From the NCBI GenBank assembly GCA_041287635.1, contig JBGGNG010000047.1, positions 4,501 to 68,500 on the forward strand: a DNA stretch of 64,000 nucleotides, given 5' to 3'. The DNA comes from Actinomycetota bacterium. GTDB taxonomy: Bacteria > Actinomycetota > UBA4738 > HRBIN12. The notes beneath the pieces are model-generated. The model ran no database searches. It saw only the letters and a list, made by a program, of their open reading frames with translations, and was not told where the DNA came from. Each line of letters opens with the position of its first letter. Within the stretch, counting starts at the first letter, position 1. Shown here in pieces: positions 59,288 to 64,000 of the stretch. The translations under genes and the position numbers were made by a program.

Positions 59288-59707
59288 TCAGGCGTCGGAT
59301 GCCGGCGGCGCGGTCGTCGCGGCAGGGGCGACCGGCTTCGAGGTCGACGTCTTCCTGGTGCTGCGCGTGCGCGTCGAGGTCGACTTCGCGGGCGTCTTCT
59401 TCTTCCCGGAGGCGGTCATGCCCGCGGCACGCTCGAGGTCGCGCACCCGCTTCTTGAGCGCATCGAGCTCCGCCTGCGACGCCACGCCACCGACCGACTT
59501 CAGCTGCTCGGAGATCTCTCGCTGCATGAACCCTGAGATGCGCTCCCGATTCCCGTGGGACCACTCCAAGAGGTCGGCGGTGGTCTTGGCGACCTGTTCC
59601 TTCGCGGCGCCGGGTTCCAGCATGTCCTTGGCGAGCTGCTGCGCCTTCGTCGGGGTCAGCGTGCCGAGCAATCCTTCCACGGTCCTGCGGAGGTCGTCGA
59701 TGATCAT
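59288..59707 (-). CDS. Phasin-like/COG3937-like helical protein with basic S/T/K/P tail, hypothetical
   Basis: MIIDDLRRTVEGLLG...ELDALKKRVRDLE helical region, then KKKTPAKSTSTRTRSTRKTSTSKP. ATG 59707. Confidence 0.55.
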   Translation of the reverse strand: MIIDDLRRTVEGLLGTLTPTKAQQLAKDMLEPGAAKEQVAKTTADLLEWSHGNRERISGFMQREISEQLKSVGGVASQAELDALKKRVRDLERAAGMTASGKKKTPAKSTSTRTRSTRKTSTSKPVAPAATTAPPASDA

Positions 59708-59795
59708 CGGGAGGTCCTTTCGCGGTCGTCGTTGTGCTCGCCAGCATACCCTCGGGCCTGCCACCCGCCGGTCGTGCCACGACCACGCCGAAACC

Positions 59796-60575
59796 TCACG
59801 GGTCGACGAACAAGCCCCGCAGGTCGTCCGCGACGTACGTCGGGCGCACCTGCGACCCCTCGAGGTCGCGTGCGTCGCTGATGCCCGTGAGCACGAGGAG
59901 GGAATCCCAGCCCATGCCGACCGCGCCGGCGATGTCGGTATCGAGGCGGTCGCCGACCAGCAGTGGCCGTCCCCCGCCCGCGCGCGCGTGGGCGGCCTTC
60001 AGCAGCGGCGGGTACGGCTTGCCGATCACCTCCCCCCGCACGCCGGTCGTGGTCTCGATCGCGGCGAGCAGGGCCCCGGCACCGGGCCACTTCGTACCGT
60101 CGGCCGCCGGGAAGGAGGCATCGGGGTTCGTCGCTACGAGGCTGGCGCCACGCTGGACGAGGACGGCCGCCACACGTAGCTTCGTGTAGTCGGCACCCCG
60201 ATCCCACCCGACCACCACGGCGTCGACCGCGTCCGGCTCGCCCTCGGCCACCTCGATCCCGGCCTCCGACAAGGCGGCGACGACCCCGGCCTCGCCTACC
60301 ACGAACGTCCTGCGGACCCCGCGGTCGGCGAGCACGGCGGCCGTCGTGAGGGCCGACGTCTCGACCTCGCCGGCGTCGGCGTCGACCCCCACCGCGCGCA
60401 GTCGCTCGGCCACCCGCTGGGGGGTGCGGCCGGAGTTGTTCGTCACGAACGCGATGCCCTTGTCGAGCGATCTCAGGCGCGCGAGCGCCTCGGCCGCGCC
60501 CGGCACGGGATCGGCCCCTCGGTAGAGCACGCCGTCGAGGTCGAACAGGAACGCCTCGTACCCGTCGGCGATCAT
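59796..60575 (-). CDS. HAD-IIA family hydrolase
   Basis: FLFDLDGVLYRG (DxD), FVTNNS, GKPYPPL, VGDRLDTDI. Confidence 0.8.
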   Translation of the reverse strand: MIADGYEAFLFDLDGVLYRGADPVPGAAEALARLRSLDKGIAFVTNNSGRTPQRVAERLRAVGVDADAGEVETSALTTAAVLADRGVRRTFVVGEAGVVAALSEAGIEVAEGEPDAVDAVVVGWDRGADYTKLRVAAVLVQRGASLVATNPDASFPAADGTKWPGAGALLAAIETTTGVRGEVIGKPYPPLLKAAHARAGGGRPLLVGDRLDTDIAGAVGMGWDSLLVLTGISDARDLEGSQVRPTYVADDLRGLFVDP

Positions 60576-60633
60576 CGCTCGGGGTCCGTGCCACAGGCGC
60601 CGTCCGTCCGGGCCTGACTGCTATACAAGGTGC

Positions 60634-61878
60634 GTGCCTCGCCTCTCTCCGTTCTTCGGGCTCGTGTTCGACCCCGAAGTGGCCGGTCCCCTCGCCCATG
60701 TCACCGCGCCGCCGTACGACGTTATCAGCGACCGGCGGCGCCTCGAGTACTTGCGCGCCAGTGCGTTCAGCGTGGTCCACCTCGACCTGGCGGAAGGATC
60801 CGACGACCCGACCGATCCCGGGAGCCGCTACTCGCGAGCGGCGCACCTGCTGACCGACTGGGAGCGTCGCGGGGCGCTCCGCCGAGCGCAGGAGCCCTGC
60901 TACTACGCCTACGAGATGACCACCCCGGCCGACGCGCCTCACGCCGCGCTCGTGGGCCGCACGATCCGCGGACTGATCTGTGCGATGGTCCTCGAGGACT
61001 GGGGCGGCACCGTGCTGCCGCACGAGCACGTCTCACAGGGCCCGGTCCAGGACCGCCTCGCACTACTCCGGGCCACGCGGACCCATCTCTCCCCCGTGTA
61101 CGGCACGATCGACGGACCCGACGCTCGGCTCGACGCCGTGGTTCGGAAGGCCGCAGCGACGGAGCCGCCGTGGGAGATGATCGACGAGCAGGCCGTGCGC
61201 CACCGCATGTGGCCGGTAGCGGGGGACGCGGTCGACCTCACCCACCTGTCCGCGGAGCGTCTGTTGATCGCCGACGGGCACCATCGGTACACGACCGCCC
61301 TGCACTATCGGGACGAGCGACGCTCTCTGGACGGCGACGGTCCGTGGGACGCCGTGCTGACGCTCGTCGTCGACGCCGCCGCCGAACATCTGCCCGTGCT
61401 GCCGTTCCATCGGGAGCTGCTGGCAGGCGCACCACCCGGAGTTGTGGGCGACTCGACACCCGGGCTCGAGGCCACCCTCGAATCACTCGACGACGACACG
61501 GGCACGATCGGCGTCGGCACGATAGATGCGGCCGGCGCCGTCGCGTACCACCTGCGGCACCTCCATGGCCCTCCCCCGACCGTGGGTGCCCTGCACAGGG
61601 AGGTGCTCGGGGGGCTCGATCCGGCCGGGTCCTTGCGGTACGTGCCCGACGCACACGAGGCCGACGCGGCCCTGCGACGCGGCGATGCCGTAGCCGTGTT
61701 CCTGCTGCCACCCACCACGCCGGGTCGCATCCGCGCCGTAGTGGAACGAGGAGAGCGACTGCCACAGAAATCGACCTACTTCTGGCCGAAGCCTCGCACC
61801 GGCATGGTCATGATGCCGCTGGATCCGACTCCTGACTCGCGTGCAGATCCGGTGGAACGACCGGATCGAGCTTCTTGA
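60634..61878 (+). CDS. DUF1015 domain protein
   Basis: PFFGLVFDP...VTAPPYDVIS N-terminus, LIADGHHRY, KSTYFWPKPRTG C-terminal block. Confidence 0.8.
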   Translation: MPRLSPFFGLVFDPEVAGPLAHVTAPPYDVISDRRRLEYLRASAFSVVHLDLAEGSDDPTDPGSRYSRAAHLLTDWERRGALRRAQEPCYYAYEMTTPADAPHAALVGRTIRGLICAMVLEDWGGTVLPHEHVSQGPVQDRLALLRATRTHLSPVYGTIDGPDARLDAVVRKAAATEPPWEMIDEQAVRHRMWPVAGDAVDLTHLSAERLLIADGHHRYTTALHYRDERRSLDGDGPWDAVLTLVVDAAAEHLPVLPFHRELLAGAPPGVVGDSTPGLEATLESLDDDTGTIGVGTIDAAGAVAYHLRHLHGPPPTVGALHREVLGGLDPAGSLRYVPDAHEADAALRRGDAVAVFLLPPTTPGRIRAVVERGERLPQKSTYFWPKPRTGMVMMPLDPTPDSRADPVERPDRAS

Positions 61879-62164
61879 TGCCGCTCGCAACCACCTCCGT
61901 GAGACTGCGAGCTCCCGCGCCGCTCCGGTAGAAGCGTCGGACGAGCTGGCCGTGCACGAGCACCCGATCGCCCTTGGCGATCTCTTCGAGCGTTCGAGCG
62001 CCGACCGTGGCGTGCCAGGCCGCGATCGGGAGGGGGAGGAGGCGCTTGCCCGTCTCCGGAACGGAAAGCCGGAGCTCGGTCACCTCGTCGCCCGACGGCA
62101 TCCGGCGCTGGACCGGATCGGCGGAGACGGTGCCCGCGAGCACGACGACGTTGACCGTCACCAT
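61808..62164 (-). CDS. Short SSB-like OB-fold protein (no acidic tail)
   Basis: MVTVNVVVLAGTVSADPVQRRMPSGDEVTELRLSV...GDRVLVHGQLVRRF resembles the SSB OB-fold N-terminus. ATG 62164. Confidence 0.6.
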   Translation of the reverse strand: MVTVNVVVLAGTVSADPVQRRMPSGDEVTELRLSVPETGKRLLPLPIAAWHATVGARTLEEIAKGDRVLVHGQLVRRFYRSGAGARSLTEVVASGIKKLDPVVPPDLHASQESDPAAS

Positions 62165-62261
62165 GGCTCCTCCTTGTTCGTGTCGGGCGAACGCTACCGC
62201 GAGGCACCGACACGACGCTTCCTCCGCGGGGGAGCCTGACACGGCCCGGTGGGAGTCGTGT

Positions 62262-63248
62262 GTGCGACACTTCCGCGGCGTGACTCACGAACCCCGCCAC
62301 CCGGTACTCACCGACGTCGCCGACGGCGTCACGATGATCGACACGATGATGACGGGGGAGCCCGAGTTCAACGCCGTCTTCGTGCTCAACGGCAGCCAGC
62401 CGACCATCGTCGAGACGGGGCCGGGCGCCGATCTGCCGCTCGTGCTGGAGTCCCTCGATCGGCTCGGTATCGACGCCGACGACCTCGCCCACGTCGTCGT
62501 GACGCACATCCACCTCGACCACGCGGGTGCGGCCGGCGCGCTCGCGGCCCGCTTCCCTCGAGCGACGGTCTGGGCGCACGAGCGAGGCGCGCCCCACCTC
62601 GCCGACCCGACGCGCCTGGTCGCGAGCACTGCGCGGACCTATGGGCTGGATCGGATGCTCGCGTTCTTCGGCGAGACGGTCCCGGTCCCGGTCGAGCGGC
62701 TCCGGAGCATGATCCACGGCGACGTGATCGAGCTCGGCGATCGCCTCCTCGACGTCGTGCACACGCCCGGACACGCGTCGCACCACGTGGCACTGCACGA
62801 GCGGCGGAGCGGGGCGATGTTCACCGGGGAGGCGATCGGATCGCATCTGCCGTGGGGACCAGCCTTCCGACCGGCGTTGCCCCCACCCGAGGTCGACGTC
62901 GAGGCGGCGATCGCGAGCATCGACCGCATCCGTTCGCGACGAGCCACCTCACTGCTCACGTCGCACTTCGGTCCTGTGCCCGATGCCGATGCCGCGTGCG
63001 ATGCGGCTGCCGAGCGGATCGAGGCGTGGTCCGCGGCGGCGCGCCGGGCGCTCGAGCGAGACCCGCAGATCGGGACCGACGCCGTCGCAGACGAGCTCCG
63101 CACCCTCGCATCGGCCGAGTTCGAGGCCGAGACCGGCCGCGCGATCGATCTGCAGCGGTACGACGCGATCGGGTCGATCGCGATGAACGCCGCGGGGCTC
63201 GCACGCTACTGGCGCACGCGATGGCAGCGAGAGGCGAAGGACGGTTAG
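62262..63248 (+). CDS. MBL-fold metallo-hydrolase
   Basis: VVVTHIHLDHAGAAG (HxHxDH) and later HTPGHASHH. Start is GTG 62262 or 62280. Confidence 0.75.
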   Translation: MRHFRGVTHEPRHPVLTDVADGVTMIDTMMTGEPEFNAVFVLNGSQPTIVETGPGADLPLVLESLDRLGIDADDLAHVVVTHIHLDHAGAAGALAARFPRATVWAHERGAPHLADPTRLVASTARTYGLDRMLAFFGETVPVPVERLRSMIHGDVIELGDRLLDVVHTPGHASHHVALHERRSGAMFTGEAIGSHLPWGPAFRPALPPPEVDVEAAIASIDRIRSRRATSLLTSHFGPVPDADAACDAAAERIEAWSAAARRALERDPQIGTDAVADELRTLASAEFEAETGRAIDLQRYDAIGSIAMNAAGLARYWRTRWQREAKDG

Positions 63249-63934
63249 CCGAGATCGGCGAGGCGCTCGGCGACGTCGAACGCTGACGGGTCGTGGCGCA
63301 TGACCTTGCGGAACTCAGCGGCTGCCTCGTCCGCGCGCCCGGCCTTCGCGAGGATGTCGCCTCGCACGTACCACAGGCGCAGCGTGTACGGCTCGGAGAC
63401 CCCTTCACGCGTCTTGGCTCGCCCCAGGAAGGCGAGGGCCTCCGCGAACCGCCCCTGGTCGGCCAGGGCCGAGGCGGCCACGACCACCGCTTCGGCCTTC
63501 GCCTCGTTCGGGACCTTCGCGCGTAGCTCCTCTTCGGCGAGGGGCACCGCATCTTGAGGCTTCCCGAGCGCCCGCAAGCAGTCGGCCATCACATGATTCT
63601 GATCCGCACGGCCGCTGAAGCGTCGGTACGCCTTCAGCTCCGCCAGCGCATCCTGCCACCGCCCCTGCCCGTAGAGGGCAAGCCCGAGCACCTCGCGCAC
63701 CGCGCCCGACCGCGAGGAGAGCTGCTTGGCCTTGGTCGCCTCGGCCACCGCGGCTCCTGAGTCGCCTCGGTCCAAGAGCTCCACGGCCCGAGAGAGGCGG
63801 GAGACGGCATCGCGCAGCTGCGTCGGCTTCGTCACCCGTTGTAGCTCGTCCATCACGTCGCGCGGCAGATCGGAGCGCTGTGCGGGGCGCGAGCGCCGGT
63901 TCCCACCGGAACGAGGAGTGAGAGCTTTCGGCAT
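63245..63934 (-). CDS. Tetratricopeptide-repeat protein
   Basis: Repeated A/L/G/Y TPR-like helices (LGLALYGQGRWQDALAELKAY, MADCLRALGKPQDAV, ALADQGRFAEALAFL, RGDILAKAGRADEAAAEF). ATG 63934 with GGGAG upstream. Confidence 0.7.
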   Translation of the reverse strand: MPKALTPRSGGNRRSRPAQRSDLPRDVMDELQRVTKPTQLRDAVSRLSRAVELLDRGDSGAAVAEATKAKQLSSRSGAVREVLGLALYGQGRWQDALAELKAYRRFSGRADQNHVMADCLRALGKPQDAVPLAEEELRAKVPNEAKAEAVVVAASALADQGRFAEALAFLGRAKTREGVSEPYTLRLWYVRGDILAKAGRADEAAAEFRKVMRHDPSAFDVAERLADLG

Positions 63935-64000
63935 CAGGCTCCCTAGGCTAGCTGGCCCGCGCACGTGCACGACGGGGGGGCAGACATCGAACGAGCCGCC

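Overview
High-GC (Actinomycetota-type) chromosomal segment, densely coding, with many 1-4 nt start/stop overlaps (GTGA/ATGA). Most of it is conserved actinobacterial core. (1) A complete Pup-proteasome locus runs mpa(arc)-dop-pup-prcB-prcA-pafA ... pafB-pafC, followed by tatA-tatC and helY. (2) A glycine-cleavage neighbourhood (gcvPA/gcvPB, gcvH, GarA-like FHA protein, two MerR regulators, DUF151 nuclease) has the same gene content as M. tuberculosis Rv1826-Rv1832. (3) A long minus-strand housekeeping run covers pgsA, tRNA-Pro, der, cmk, aroA, tyrA, aroH, rluB, scpB, scpA, trpS, deoA, deoB, xerD, ald, a NUDIX hydrolase, pyrG, recN, nadK and tlyA. The least syntenic part is a ~6 kb block between cysS and the DUF4193/lnt-ppm1 genes. 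It holds an atypical FtsH-family AAA+/M41 protease coupled to a lipoprotein, an Lrp/AsnC regulator, and divergent from that regulator a minimal reverse-transcriptase-like ORF (~248 aa, all palm/finger motifs, no thumb/maturase). The RT stop codon overlaps the start of a YtcJ-type metal-dependent amidohydrolase. I do not recognise this RT+amidohydrolase pair as a described system, and it is my top candidate. Smaller oddities are a Pup ending in GGE, an M50 site-2-protease homologue with HExxH mutated to RExxR, a GarA-like FHA protein with an N-terminal zinc ribbon, an Lnt-Ppm1 fusion and a 412-bp non-coding gap. No CRISPR array, transposase, prophage or rRNA was seen. All calls come from reading the translations and motifs by eye. 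No database search was run, and start codons are approximate.
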